Below, piece by piece: positions 38,748 to 48,284 of a stretch of 64,000 bases of DNA. A program made the translations under genes and the position numbers. Location: the NCBI GenBank assembly GCA_041917695.1, contig JAYRXE010000037.1, positions 130,155 through 194,154 on the forward strand, in the 5' to 3' direction. Under the pieces are notes generated by a model. That model was not told where the DNA came from. It was given only the letters and a program-made list of their open reading frames with translations, and did no database searches. This DNA is from Minisyncoccota bacterium (GTDB taxonomy: Bacteria; Patescibacteriota; Minisyncoccia; UBA6257; GWB1-50-10). The first letter of the stretch is position 1, and every line of letters starts with the position of its first letter.

Positions 38748-40181
38748 ATGCTCGAAGAGATACTTCGCGAGCGAAAGAAAAAACTCGATACGTATGAGGC
38801 CGGTGCTCCGGCCTTTCCGCACGACCCTGCCTTGCGCCTGACCCTTCGCGAAACGCTTGACGGATTTGAAGAGGGGAAAGAGTGCCTCATTTCAGGCAGG
38901 ATTTTTTCATTGCGCGACCAGGGGAAGATCGTCTTTGTCGATATCAAGGACGAATCGGGAAAGTTTCAGGCTGTTTTCCGCGAGGATGAGACTGAAAACT
39001 TTCCGCTGTTTGCCGCATCCTTTGACATGGGAGATTTTATAGAAGCGACCGGAACGTATTTCACCACTGCGCGGGGCGAAAAAAGTATTTTAGCGAAACG
39101 TTTTCGGATGCTCGCCAAAGCCATGCGTCCGCTTCCGGATTCGTGGTACGGCATTGAAGACAGCGAGTTGAAGCTCCGCAAACGGTATCTCGATTTTCTT
39201 ATGAACGAGAACGAGCGGGATTTAATGCGGAAGAAAGCAATTTTTTGGGGGACGGTACGCTCCTATCTTGCAAAAGAAAAATTTCTTGAAGTCGAGACGC
39301 CGGTGCTTGAAGCGGTGCCGGGAGGCGCCGAGGCCGAGCCGTTCGTTACGCACCACAATGCGCTGGGTGAAGATTTTTATCTCCGTATTTCCCTTGAACT
39401 CCCGCTTAAGAAAATGCTGGTGGGCGGCTTCGACCGCGTTTTTGAAATCGGTCGCGTTTTCCGAAACGAAGGCATCGACCGCGAGCATTTGCAGGATTAC
39501 ACGACCATGGAATGCTACGCAGCGTACCAGGATTACGGATGGATGATGGGGAAGATGCAGGAAATGTACCGCGAAGTCGTGAGGGCAGTGACGGGAGGGC
39601 TTACGACCACGCATGAGGGCCGCACGCTCGACTGGGGCGCCGAGTGGCCGCTCGTGGATTATTATGAAGCGTTAAAAAAAGAAGCCGGCGTTGATTTACA
39701 TGATGCATCTATCGACGATTTGCGTAAAAAGGCCGAATCATTGGGTATCGTGCCGGAACCGTTCGCGCGCGAAGGGAGACTCATCGATTTGATTTTTAAA
39801 AAGACCGTCCGCCCGAAGCTCGTTTCACCGTGTTTTTTGGTGAATCCGCCCGTTTCCATCGAACCGCTTGCAAAACGCACGGCGGAAGATCCGAAGCGCG
39901 TGTATCGTTTCCAGATTATGGCTGCAGGGACCGAGCTCGGTAAGGGCTTTTCGGAATTGAACGACCCGCGCGACCAGCGGAACCGCTTTGAGGAACAGAT
40001 GCGCCTTCGCGAAGGAGGGGATAAGGAGGCTCAAATGATAGACGAGGAATTCATCGAAGCGTTGGAGTACGGCATGCCCCCGGCGGCGGGATTCGGCGTT
40101 TCGGAACGCCTTTTTGCCGTTCTTATGGACCGCTCCATCCGCGAAACAGTCGCTTTTCCGCTTTTGCGCGCTGAAAAGTAA
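38748..40181 (+). CDS. lysS: Lysyl-tRNA synthetase (class II)
   Basis: ...FLEVETPVL...GGAEAEPFVTHHNALGEDFYLRISLELPLKKMLVGGFDRVFEIGRVFRNEGID...ELNDPRDQRNRFEEQ. Confidence 0.9.
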   Translation: MLEEILRERKKKLDTYEAGAPAFPHDPALRLTLRETLDGFEEGKECLISGRIFSLRDQGKIVFVDIKDESGKFQAVFREDETENFPLFAASFDMGDFIEATGTYFTTARGEKSILAKRFRMLAKAMRPLPDSWYGIEDSELKLRKRYLDFLMNENERDLMRKKAIFWGTVRSYLAKEKFLEVETPVLEAVPGGAEAEPFVTHHNALGEDFYLRISLELPLKKMLVGGFDRVFEIGRVFRNEGIDREHLQDYTTMECYAAYQDYGWMMGKMQEMYREVVRAVTGGLTTTHEGRTLDWGAEWPLVDYYEALKKEAGVDLHDASIDDLRKKAESLGIVPEPFAREGRLIDLIFKKTVRPKLVSPCFLVNPPVSIEPLAKRTAEDPKRVYRFQIMAAGTELGKGFSELNDPRDQRNRFEEQMRLREGGDKEAQMIDEEFIEALEYGMPPAAGFGVSERLFAVLMDRSIRETVAFPLLRAEK

Positions 40182-40184
40182 TCC

Positions 40185-41516
40185 ATGCTTGACCCCCAAC
40201 TCATACGCACGCACCCCGACCTCGTCCGTGACGGCATCCGCAAGAAGGGGAAGGACCCGAAGCGCGTGGACGATTTCCTTGCGCTCGACGAATCGTGGCG
40301 TGCGAAAGTGCAGGCGATCGATTCCCTGAAACAGGACCAGAACCGCCTCTCCAAAGAACTGGCAGGCGGGCGGACCGATGAATTGCTCGAAAAGGCGGGG
40401 GTTTTGAAGGGACAGATACAGGCGCTTGAAACGGAGGAGCGCGAACTTTCCGAGAAGCGTGAAAAGCTTCTTCTCTCGTTCCCGAATATTCCTTTCGAGG
40501 ACGTGACGGTAGGGCGCGACGAATCCGAGAACGTGGTGGCGCGCGAAGTGGGGAAAAAGCGCGTGTTCGATTTCGAACCGCAGGATTATCTCACGCTCGG
40601 CGAATCTCTCGGCATCATAAACGTCAAAAAAGCCTCTGAAATTTCTGGGAGCCGTTTCGGGTATCTTTTGGGCGGCGCGGCGCTCCTTGAATTCGCGCTC
40701 GTTTCGTATACCTTCCAGACGCTTACCGACCAAAAAGCCATGAAGAAAATCGCCGATTCGGTGAAAAAAGGATACTCGCCGAAACCGTTCGTCCCGGTCG
40801 TTCCGCCGCAGATGATCAAGCCGGAGGTATTCGAGCGGATGGCGCGCATCGAACCGCGCGACGAGCGGTATTACCTTCAATCCGACGACCTTTATCTTAT
40901 CGGAAGCGCCGAGCACACCCTGGGGCCGCTCCATATGGACGAAACGCTTCCGGAATCCGCATTGCCTGCGCGGTATGTCGGGTTTTCAACGAGCTTCCGG
41001 CGGGAAGCGGGAAGCTACGGCAAGGATACGAAGGGAATCCTCCGCGTCCATCAATTCGACAAGCTTGAAATGGAATCGTTTACCCGGCCCGAAGATTCCC
41101 GCACGGAGCAGGATTTCATCGTGGCGGTGCAGGAGCATCTGGTTCGCTCGCTCGAAATCCCATACCGCGTGATGGATATTTGCACGGGCGACATGGGAGG
41201 CCCTGATGCGCGCCAGATAGACATCGAGATGTGGATGCCGGGCTCGCCCGACGCGCACGGAAAGGGGAAGGGTGTCTACCGCGAGACGCATACCTCGGAT
41301 CTTATGACGGATTACCAGGCGCGCCGGCTCCGCACCAAGGTGAAAAAAGCGGACGGTACGGCGGAATACGCGCATATGAACGACGCGACCGCTTTCGCAA
41401 TCGGCCGCACGCTCATCGCCATCATCGAGAATTACCAGACGAAAAAAGGCACGGTGCTTGTGCCCAAAGTCCTCCAGCCGTACATGGGGCTACGCGAGAT
41501 TCTGCCGATGAAATAA
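40185..41516 (+). CDS. serS: Seryl-tRNA synthetase
   Basis: N-terminal coiled-coil arm, then ...YVGFSTSFRREAGSYGKDTKGILRVHQFDKLEM...GRTLIAIIENYQ. Confidence 0.9.
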   Translation: MLDPQLIRTHPDLVRDGIRKKGKDPKRVDDFLALDESWRAKVQAIDSLKQDQNRLSKELAGGRTDELLEKAGVLKGQIQALETEERELSEKREKLLLSFPNIPFEDVTVGRDESENVVAREVGKKRVFDFEPQDYLTLGESLGIINVKKASEISGSRFGYLLGGAALLEFALVSYTFQTLTDQKAMKKIADSVKKGYSPKPFVPVVPPQMIKPEVFERMARIEPRDERYYLQSDDLYLIGSAEHTLGPLHMDETLPESALPARYVGFSTSFRREAGSYGKDTKGILRVHQFDKLEMESFTRPEDSRTEQDFIVAVQEHLVRSLEIPYRVMDICTGDMGGPDARQIDIEMWMPGSPDAHGKGKGVYRETHTSDLMTDYQARRLRTKVKKADGTAEYAHMNDATAFAIGRTLIAIIENYQTKKGTVLVPKVLQPYMGLREILPMK

Positions 41517-41518
41517 TA

Positions 41519-41543
41519 AAGCGCCCTTTCGCGGGCGCTTTTG
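41519..41543. terminator. Terminator hairpin after serS
   Basis: GCGCCC-TTTC-GCGGGCGC followed by TTTT. Confidence 0.6.
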
Positions 41544-41545
41544 GT

Positions 41546-41674
41546 CTATGCCGCAATCTTCCGTTGCGGTATGACCTGCTTTGCGTCTTTTGATTTTACT
41601 TCCATTTGCTTTATGCGTTTCAGAACGCTTTTGCTGTCGTCCTTCCCTCCGTTGGGATTTTTCCTTCTTTTCAT
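41546..41674 (-). CDS. Possible small basic protein (42 aa), speculative
   Basis: Reverse-strand ATG gives MKRRKNPNGGKDDSKSVLKRIKQMEVKSKDAKQVIPQRKIAA. It is below the ORF-track cutoff and has no recognisable family. Confidence 0.15.
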   Translation of the reverse strand: MKRRKNPNGGKDDSKSVLKRIKQMEVKSKDAKQVIPQRKIAA

Positions 41675-41802
41675 GCGGTTTCCCTTATTGATTAGTGGAT
41701 AATTTACCGTGGAATATATTAAAAGATAGTAGAGGATTTGTCAAGTATGTCCGTACCGCCCTCCTGCTCCGCCCCTTTTTTAGGTACAATAAGGCTACTT
41801 TC

Positions 41803-42441
41803 ATGGCGAAAAAGGTAGGCATTTGGGCGTTCGTGCTTTTTGTGGTGTTTCTCGCCGCATACCTTGCGTATGGACGGTATTGGGGCAGTGAGCGGGCGCT
41901 TTCCGCCCTCGGCGACGTGCGGGGCATTACGCTCGAGAAACTTTCGGCTGCGGGGGAATTTCTAAAAGAAAAAACCACGAAGACGTTTGAAAAGGGAATT
42001 CAGAGCACCTATTCATACATGAAGAAAGGCGCCGGCGAAGGCGTCGCATCGCTTGGCGAAGGACTTGCCGGACTCGGCAATGACCTTGCCGAAAATAACT
42101 CGCCGACCTCGACGAGTTCTTCCGCAAACCCTTCTTCCGTCGCGACCACGACCGTTACGGTTTCATCCACCTCGCCCGAGTCCGGTTTTTTCTCTCCCGC
42201 GCCGTTGTATTCGCTCGTCGCACGCAAAGGCGAACCGCTTCGTTTCTCCATGAACCGGGAGGGCGATTATACGATTGATTGGGGCGACGGGAAGACCGAA
42301 GGGGGAAGCATTGCAAGCGGCGGGGCCGCAGTCGTCGGCCATGTCTGGTCCCGGACGGGCGATTACCGCGTCCGTATCGAGGTGCGCGAAAAAGGCGCCG
42401 GCGCCGAACAGTTTTCATTTCCGGTACGCATCTATGAATAG
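41803..42441 (+). CDS. Secreted/membrane-anchored protein with C-terminal PKD-like domain
   Basis: Signal anchor MAKKVGIWAFVLFVVFLAAYLAYG and C-terminal ...YTIDWGDGKTEGG...GHVWSRTGDYRVRIEVRE (PKD WDFGDG...HxY...GxY pattern). Confidence 0.5.
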   Translation: MAKKVGIWAFVLFVVFLAAYLAYGRYWGSERALSALGDVRGITLEKLSAAGEFLKEKTTKTFEKGIQSTYSYMKKGAGEGVASLGEGLAGLGNDLAENNSPTSTSSSANPSSVATTTVTVSSTSPESGFFSPAPLYSLVARKGEPLRFSMNREGDYTIDWGDGKTEGGSIASGGAAVVGHVWSRTGDYRVRIEVREKGAGAEQFSFPVRIYE

Positions 42442-43261
42442 CGCGGAGCCGAAATATCTCCCGAAGAAGAACGTATTGCAATACGCGCCCCGCGCGCGGA
42501 AATCGCGCAATATAAAGAAAATCGTTCTTATTGCGTCTGCCTCCGTTATCGTCGCTCTCGTCTCCCTCGGCGTATGGGTGATGAATGCGCGTTTTTTCTC
42601 AGTTTCGGATTTTTCGGTTTCCGGAGAACGCCTCTTAACGGCGGACGAAGTCAAAGCCGCTCTCGTTTCGCGAATCGCGGGGGAGTCGTCCCTGCGGAAA
42701 TTCCTCGGCGAGAACCATATTTTCTTTTGGATATTCGCACGGCGCGACTATGCGTTTTCGGAACCTACCGAATTGGCGTCCGTTTCTTTAAATCCGGACT
42801 TTTGGTCGCGAAAGGTTTCCCTTACCGCCGTTGAGCGGGAAGTTGCGCATATCGTCTGCCGTCCGAGCGAAGCGGCGTGCTACGGGGTCACCGGCGAGGG
42901 AATCGTTTTTTCGCGGATTCCCGAGGTGCGGGGCTCGCTCATTTTGCGCATTGAAGACGAACATCCGGCCCCCGTCGTCTTCGGGACCGCGTATTTCGGC
43001 GACAGCGGTTTTTTGCCGAACGTGTACCGCACGAAAGAGGTCTTGGACCGCGCGGGGCTTACGCCGGCCGTGATACGCGTACGCGACCGCGCCCTGTATG
43101 AATGGGAGGCGGTTTTCCCGGAAGGACCCGTCATCTATTTCAGCGGATTCTTCGTTCCCAAGGACCTGGCTGAAATACTCCGCGACATCCGCTCGCGCGA
43201 ATCGTGGAATGCGCTTTCCTATGTTGATTTTCGCGTGGAGAACAAGGTGTTCTACCGGTGA
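42434..43261 (+). CDS. FtsQ/DivIB-like cell division protein (POTRA domain)
   Basis: Cytoplasmic N-terminus, TM IVLIASASVIVALVSLGVWV, then FSVSDFSVSGERLLTADEVKAAL (POTRA-like). Confidence 0.5.
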   Translation: MNSAEPKYLPKKNVLQYAPRARKSRNIKKIVLIASASVIVALVSLGVWVMNARFFSVSDFSVSGERLLTADEVKAALVSRIAGESSLRKFLGENHIFFWIFARRDYAFSEPTELASVSLNPDFWSRKVSLTAVEREVAHIVCRPSEAACYGVTGEGIVFSRIPEVRGSLILRIEDEHPAPVVFGTAYFGDSGFLPNVYRTKEVLDRAGLTPAVIRVRDRALYEWEAVFPEGPVIYFSGFFVPKDLAEILRDIRSRESWNALSYVDFRVENKVFYR

Positions 43262-45081
43262 TAGATAAAGATTGAGGTTCCCGCCCGCGCATCGGGCGAC
43301 GGAATCCCGCGCATGCCTTCCTCAAAGGAAGGGTTGAGCGCCCGCAAAAATGCGTACTCGCCCCCGTCGTCCCGGGTAAACGTCGGGTCTTCTTTCGCCA
43401 TCGCCTGTGAAAGCGTATTCACGGACACCGCGAGCCATTCGATTCCCGCATCCTTCGGATCGCCCTTCTTCGAGTTCCAGGGGACGGCCTGTGTTCCGAG
43501 CGACTCAATATTTCCGCCTCCGAAATAATCGACTGCGATGGCCGGGTTTCCCTCGGCGTTTCCGGGAAGGTTTTCTTTCATCCATGTTTCAAGACGGTAG
43601 AGATCTTGTCCCCAGTCGTAGTTCGAATCGGTGACGTACCGGTATCCGTTCTGCGTCCCGCCGCCCAACTCGTTGAAGTATGAAAGGTAATACGGCCGTG
43701 CAAACGCCGTTTCCGCGGAGGCCCACAGAACGAGTACGGCAAGAATGCCGAGGCTTACATTCTTCCTGAAGGTGCCCGCGTCGTGCATTTTTTTGATTCC
43801 CGAAGCGGCAAGCAGGTAGAGGAGCGGAAGCGTGGGGAGGAGATGGCGCACGCCGATATTGAGCGGACTCATGATGCTCCACGTCCAATAGAGGACGACG
43901 AAGAGAAGCATGGAAAACTCGTGGAAATTCGTGCCCAGATAATCAAGCATCTTCCCGACATATGCGTTGCCGCGTTTTCGAAACGCTTCCACCGCCGAGA
44001 AGACGAATGCGAAAAGAATGAAGATGAGCGCGGGGAGCGTCTCTTTGAGGCCGTAGACGGCGGGGAAGTACGTCTTCCAGCCGTTGAAGGAAATTTCACC
44101 GAAGAAATATCCCGTGTTGCCTCCGCTCGAGCGGGTAACGACCATCGCAACGCCCAACAAGTATTCTCCGGCGGGGCGGAGGATGGGATTTTCGCTCATG
44201 GCGACAATTGCCTTCCCCACGGCGGGGTAGGCGAACGAAGAAAGGATTTCCCGCGTGTCGGAAGCCTGGCGTTCCGGCGGGTAGTTCAGGGTGAGGGGAA
44301 GGTAGGCGAGATACACGGTGAGAACGGCGACGCCGAGAAGGGTGCCGTAGCGCAGAAGCCATCCGGATCCGTGGCGGGCGCGTCCGCCGCCGTGGCGCGT
44401 ACGAATCCAACGGCTCAGATGGAAAATGACGGCGAGCAAAGCAAAAAGGGGAATAAGGAGTACGTTCGAGAATTTCATGAGCTCGGCGACTCCGAGCGCG
44501 AATCCGGCGAATGCCGCGCTTTTCGCCGAGGGTTTTTCAAGGAATGAGACGAAGGTGAAAAGCGAGAAAACGGCTCCCACGGCGGCTCCCACGTCCGTCG
44601 TCACATAATGCCCGTGTGCTAACACAATCGGCGAAAAGAGCGTGAAAAACGCGGGAAGGAGCGCCCAAAGTTTCCCCAAGCGTTCGCGTCCCCACGCGTA
44701 GACCAGGAATCCCAAAAAAAGCGTGAGGAGAATCGGGAAGATGCGCGCGAGAAAGACGATTTCCTTCGCGTCGTTTCCGGAACCGTAGAGGAAGGCACTC
44801 CCGAAATCCCATTGGCCGTTAACTGCCGTGGTCCAGCTCGGGTGCGTTTCGGGAAACGCGTAATTGTTGAAAAGCAGGGGAACGGCCGACAGGGCTTTCA
44901 CAAGCGGGGGATGTTCCGGGTTCAGGCGATAATCGAGTCTTGCTACGTAGGAATATCCGGCGGGGATGTGCGCGAGCTCGTCCATCACGGGCGCGTCACC
45001 CCGCGCCGCTTCGAGCATCAGTCCGCCGGAGACGAGGAGCATCGCGATGAAAACGGGCACCGAAAACGAGGAAATACGCAT
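43252..45081 (-). CDS. GT-C family membrane glycosyltransferase (GT39/PMT-like), second copy
   Basis: A 609-aa protein with more than 10 TM helices; its first loop carries APVMDELAHIPAGYSY (PMT-like DE motif). Confidence 0.6.
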   Translation of the reverse strand: MRISSFSVPVFIAMLLVSGGLMLEAARGDAPVMDELAHIPAGYSYVARLDYRLNPEHPPLVKALSAVPLLFNNYAFPETHPSWTTAVNGQWDFGSAFLYGSGNDAKEIVFLARIFPILLTLFLGFLVYAWGRERLGKLWALLPAFFTLFSPIVLAHGHYVTTDVGAAVGAVFSLFTFVSFLEKPSAKSAAFAGFALGVAELMKFSNVLLIPLFALLAVIFHLSRWIRTRHGGGRARHGSGWLLRYGTLLGVAVLTVYLAYLPLTLNYPPERQASDTREILSSFAYPAVGKAIVAMSENPILRPAGEYLLGVAMVVTRSSGGNTGYFFGEISFNGWKTYFPAVYGLKETLPALIFILFAFVFSAVEAFRKRGNAYVGKMLDYLGTNFHEFSMLLFVVLYWTWSIMSPLNIGVRHLLPTLPLLYLLAASGIKKMHDAGTFRKNVSLGILAVLVLWASAETAFARPYYLSYFNELGGGTQNGYRYVTDSNYDWGQDLYRLETWMKENLPGNAEGNPAIAVDYFGGGNIESLGTQAVPWNSKKGDPKDAGIEWLAVSVNTLSQAMAKEDPTFTRDDGGEYAFLRALNPSFEEGMRGIPSPDARAGTSIFIYHR

Positions 45082-45133
45082 ATGGTATCATTATAATACG
45101 AGATGGAGCGGTGTCTCCATCGTTTCTCACCGA

Positions 45134-45922
45134 ATGAAGAAAAAAATCTCCGGATTTTCTCGTCGAGCGGGGTTCTCGCTCATCGAGATCATGATTTATA
45201 TCGCTATTTTCGCGGTTTCCGCGGTCTTTTTGACGAGCATCCTGACGGTTATCACCCGGGTCCAGCTGAAGCAGGCGTCGACCCACGAGCTTGAACAACA
45301 GATTTCCTTCGTGGGCGACGCGGTCCAGCGGTACGTGCAGAAATCGAATCTTATCGATATTGATCCGGGAACGGCGACCTCTACCTTGCGCCTTCGGATG
45401 GCCGCTTCTTCGACCGACGTCACCCTCATCTACGCCTCCGGCACCGTCCTGTACCTCGACGAGCGCGACGTGAACGGGGACGCTCAAATCACGGCGCTTA
45501 CGGATTCGAAGGTCTCCGTTGATTCCTTCTACGTGACGAAATACGAAAATCCCGGCGGCTTCGCCGTGGCGGAGCTGAACCTCGTAATGAGCTATAACAC
45601 GGACAATCCGCAGGCGGATGCGACGCGCACCTTGCAGACCGCCATCACCCGCATTTCCGCCGCCGAATTCGATTCGGACGTGAATCCGAACACGGACAAC
45701 GCCTTGAACCTCGGCGCGGTGGGGAAGAACTGGCGGAACGCCTATTTCTCCGGCACGCTCCAGGTAGGCTCGAATATCAAGCTCGTGGGCTCCACGGGAA
45801 ACCTGGCGACGATCGGCGCGGGGAACGGGCTTATCATGAAAACGCCGAACGGCTCGGCCTGCTACCTCGTTTCCGTCACGAACTCGGGTACGGTAACCTC
45901 GACGGCGACCAGCTGTCCCTAG
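45134..45922 (+). CDS. Type IV pilin-like protein (pseudopilin/minor pilin)
   Basis: MKKKISGFSRRAG|FSLIEIMIYIAIFAV has G-1/F+1/E+5. The ATG at 45134 is preferred over the track start. Confidence 0.65.
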   Translation: MKKKISGFSRRAGFSLIEIMIYIAIFAVSAVFLTSILTVITRVQLKQASTHELEQQISFVGDAVQRYVQKSNLIDIDPGTATSTLRLRMAASSTDVTLIYASGTVLYLDERDVNGDAQITALTDSKVSVDSFYVTKYENPGGFAVAELNLVMSYNTDNPQADATRTLQTAITRISAAEFDSDVNPNTDNALNLGAVGKNWRNAYFSGTLQVGSNIKLVGSTGNLATIGAGNGLIMKTPNGSACYLVSVTNSGTVTSTATSCP

Positions 45923-45924
45923 AC

Positions 45925-45953
45925 TTGCATAATTAGAAAATTTGTGGTATACT
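45925..45953 (+). promoter_or_regulatory. Canonical sigma70-type promoter (TTGCAT-N17-TATACT) driving islet gene 46014-46991
   Basis: -35 TTGCAT at 45925-30, a 17-nt spacer, and -10 TATACT at 45948-53. Confidence 0.55.
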
Positions 45954-45961
45954 TAAAACAG

Positions 45962-45977
45962 TCCTGAAAAATCGGGA
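45962..45977 (+). promoter_or_regulatory. Palindrome TCCTGA-AAAA-TCGGGA, second copy of the element at 32157-32172
   Basis: It lies 8 nt after the -10 box, with the same downstream AAAGAAAGGA...ATG context as islet 1. Confidence 0.5.
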
Positions 45978-46013
45978 TTTTTTAATAATTCAAAAAGAAA
46001 GGAAAAAACTGCT

Positions 46014-46991
46014 ATGAAAGACGAGCAGAACACCTTCAAGCAAACCGGGAAATTTGTTTCCACGATTTTGGAAAATTTTCCAAAATTGAACGAAGTAGAA
46101 ATCCAATACTGGATTGAACATCCATTGGAAATTAAGGAGATCATAAAAAGATTCTCCAATGTCCCCATTCTCCATATATCCCAAAACCCTTCCTTAACGG
46201 AAAGAATTATGAAGGGAAAATATACGGATATGGATCCTCGTATTACGGAAGAAACTTTTCCCATCCTCATCCCACATGATTATCGCGTTCAGTATGAGTT
46301 GTTTCATTTTGACATGGTTATGCCGTCCCAATTGGTTGTTGAAAAAATGACCCAGAAGGGATGCCGGCCCGCCACGCTCATAGAATTGCTCGAGTTTGGG
46401 AGATCTAAACCGGAAATTCAAAAGAAATTTCCCGTTATAGCCCTTGGCTCGGCAATAAAAAAGGGGGACGGAGAGTGCAGGGTTCCGTTTTGTGATAATT
46501 GCGGTTCAAGAATTACCCTCGCTTCGTATGGTGCCCAGTGGAATAAGGCCTGCCGTTTTCTCGCTGTGTATGATGGAAGGAAAATTCTTCATATTTCCGC
46601 CGGGCTTTCTGCTGAAGAAAGAATTAAAGCTGGAAGGTATGATTTGGTAGGCTTCTATGTTAAAGAAGCTGTTTTAAAGGCTCATCCGGTAGTGAAAGAC
46701 TATGAGGCTGAATACGAGCTTTTTCACTTCAAGAAGGAAATCGAGTATTACCCCGACGCGGTCGAGAGAATGTATAAGAAAGGATTTAGGCCGGCGAATG
46801 TGCATGAGTTGTTGGCGCTCGGGACTGCGTATCCCCACCTTCAAAAGAAATTCCCCATTATAGAAATTGAAGGGGACGAACTAGAATACCTTACTTTAGA
46901 TTATGACTCGGCTAAGGGCCGCTCTTTGCTTACGCGCCGCCTTGATCGAGAGTGGTACGGTATACTTCGTATTCTTGGAGTACGTATGTAA
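46014..46991 (+). CDS. Hypothetical protein on low-GC islet 2 (internal tandem duplication of about 95 aa; Cys cluster)
   Basis: Repeats DYRVQYELFHFDMV...KGCRPATLIELLEFG...IQKKFPVIALGS and DYEAEYELFHFKKE...KGFRPANVHELLALG...LQKKFPIIEIEG. CRVPFCDNCGSR...C lies between them. Confidence 0.45.
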   Translation: MKDEQNTFKQTGKFVSTILENFPKLNEVEIQYWIEHPLEIKEIIKRFSNVPILHISQNPSLTERIMKGKYTDMDPRITEETFPILIPHDYRVQYELFHFDMVMPSQLVVEKMTQKGCRPATLIELLEFGRSKPEIQKKFPVIALGSAIKKGDGECRVPFCDNCGSRITLASYGAQWNKACRFLAVYDGRKILHISAGLSAEERIKAGRYDLVGFYVKEAVLKAHPVVKDYEAEYELFHFKKEIEYYPDAVERMYKKGFRPANVHELLALGTAYPHLQKKFPIIEIEGDELEYLTLDYDSAKGRSLLTRRLDREWYGILRILGVRM

Positions 46992-47005
46992 GAGATAGGT
47001 TTAGT

Positions 47006-47036
47006 AACCCCCCGCTTGTGCGGGGGGTTATTTTTG
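47006..47036 (+). terminator. Rho-independent terminator ending islet 2
   Basis: CCCCCCGC-TTGTG-GCGGGGGG followed by TTATTTTT. Confidence 0.8.
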
Positions 47037-47040
47037 GCAC

Positions 47041-47081
47041 TTGACACCCTTGAGTGCTGATTTATAATTCAAGCACTAAAA
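47041..47081 (+). promoter_or_regulatory. hrcA promoter (TTGACA-N16-TATAAT) overlapped by a CIRCE-like inverted repeat
   Basis: -35 at 47041-46 and -10 at 47063-68. The inverted repeat is TTGAGTGCT (47050-58) ... AGCACTAA (47072-79). Confidence 0.5.
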
Positions 47082-47792
47082 ATGTTGAAAGGCAGGACCG
47101 AATCCATCCTTGAGGCGTCCATCCGCCACTATATCGAAACGGGGGAGCCCGTTACGTCGAAGGCGCTTTTTGACGCGTACGATTTCGGCATCAAGCCGGC
47201 CATGATACGTGCGGAGCTTTCAACGCTCGGCGAGGAGGGGTATCTGAGCCAAAACCATCCCTCGGGAGGCCGGATTCCCACCGAGAAAGCCTATAAATTT
47301 TTCGTGGAACGCACGCTTCAAAACGAGCGCGCTCCGCTCCCGCGCATTCCCGCATGGACGAAGGAAGCGGCGGAAGCGCTCCGCGAAGGAGACGTGAAAT
47401 CGTTCATCAACGAAGCCGCGAAGCGCCTCGGCCTTTTCGGGGTGGGTTATGAAACCGAAGAGAGTCGCGTGTATGAAAGCGGGATGTACGACCTCTTCGC
47501 CCGCCTCGACCAGGCGGGACGCGACGAGATGCTTCTGGTCGCCCGGGATATCGAATCGCTCGAACGGCGCATCGACGAGGCGGAAGAATGGCTCCTCGCC
47601 CGCGATATTTGGCCGCAGGTTTTCGTGGGAGAAAGCCCCATTACGCGAAGCCCGAACCTTTCAGTCATCGCGAGCCGGTTTTCCGTGGGCGGCGACCCGT
47701 TCTTCTTTTTCATGATTGGCCCCACGCGGATGGATTACGGAAAGTCCATTCAGTTCGTTAAGTCGCTCGAGGCATCGCTCAAAGACGAATAA
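47082..47792 (+). CDS. hrcA: Heat-inducible transcription repressor HrcA (short form)
   Basis: N-terminal winged-helix region ...ILEASIRHYIETGEPVTSKALFDAY.... It heads the grpE-dnaK-dnaJ cluster. Confidence 0.75.
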   Translation: MLKGRTESILEASIRHYIETGEPVTSKALFDAYDFGIKPAMIRAELSTLGEEGYLSQNHPSGGRIPTEKAYKFFVERTLQNERAPLPRIPAWTKEAAEALREGDVKSFINEAAKRLGLFGVGYETEESRVYESGMYDLFARLDQAGRDEMLLVARDIESLERRIDEAEEWLLARDIWPQVFVGESPITRSPNLSVIASRFSVGGDPFFFFMIGPTRMDYGKSIQFVKSLEASLKDE

Positions 47793-47793
47793 T

Positions 47794-48279
47794 ATGGACG
47801 AACCGGAAAAAAACATAGAAGGCGCGCCAGACGAGTTCGAAAAGCTCCGGAAGGAGCGGGACGAGTACCTCGACGGATGGAAGCGGGCGAAGGCGGACTA
47901 CCTGAATTACAAGCGCGAAGAATCGGAACGGCTGGCACAGTGGGGGAAGCTCGCTACGGAAGGCCTCGTCTATGACTTGCTCCTCGTCCTCGACAGTTTC
48001 CGCCTGGGACTTACGACGATGCCCGAAGGGAGCGACGCATGGAAGGGGATGTCGCTCGTGAAAGGACAGCTGGAGGACATCCTCCGCCGGCACGGTCTCG
48101 AAAAGATCTCCGCGAGCCCCGGAAAACCCTTCGACCCTTCGCATGAGGAAGCGATCGGGGAAATCGAAAGCGACTTGCCCGAGGGAGTGGTCGCCGAGGA
48201 AGCGGAGTGCGGGTGGAAATTCGGAGGACGCGTACTCCGCCCCGCAAAGGTCAAAATTTCAAAAAACAAAAACACATAA
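47794..48279 (+). CDS. grpE: Nucleotide exchange factor GrpE
   Basis: ...[29 protein letters not shown]... (coiled coil) ...[10 protein letters not shown]. Confidence 0.85.
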   Translation: MDEPEKNIEGAPDEFEKLRKERDEYLDGWKRAKADYLNYKREESERLAQWGKLATEGLVYDLLLVLDSFRLGLTTMPEGSDAWKGMSLVKGQLEDILRRHGLEKISASPGKPFDPSHEEAIGEIESDLPEGVVAEEAECGWKFGGRVLRPAKVKISKNKNT

Positions 48280-48284
48280 AAACT

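Noticed and set aside
39825-40934. 369-aa minus ORF antisense to serS
   Set aside because: Same reasoning: SerRS on the plus strand is well supported.
43783-44547. 254-aa plus-strand ORF inside the second GT39-like gene
   Set aside because: It is a highly charged, low-complexity translation antisense to a convincing polytopic membrane protein on the minus strand.
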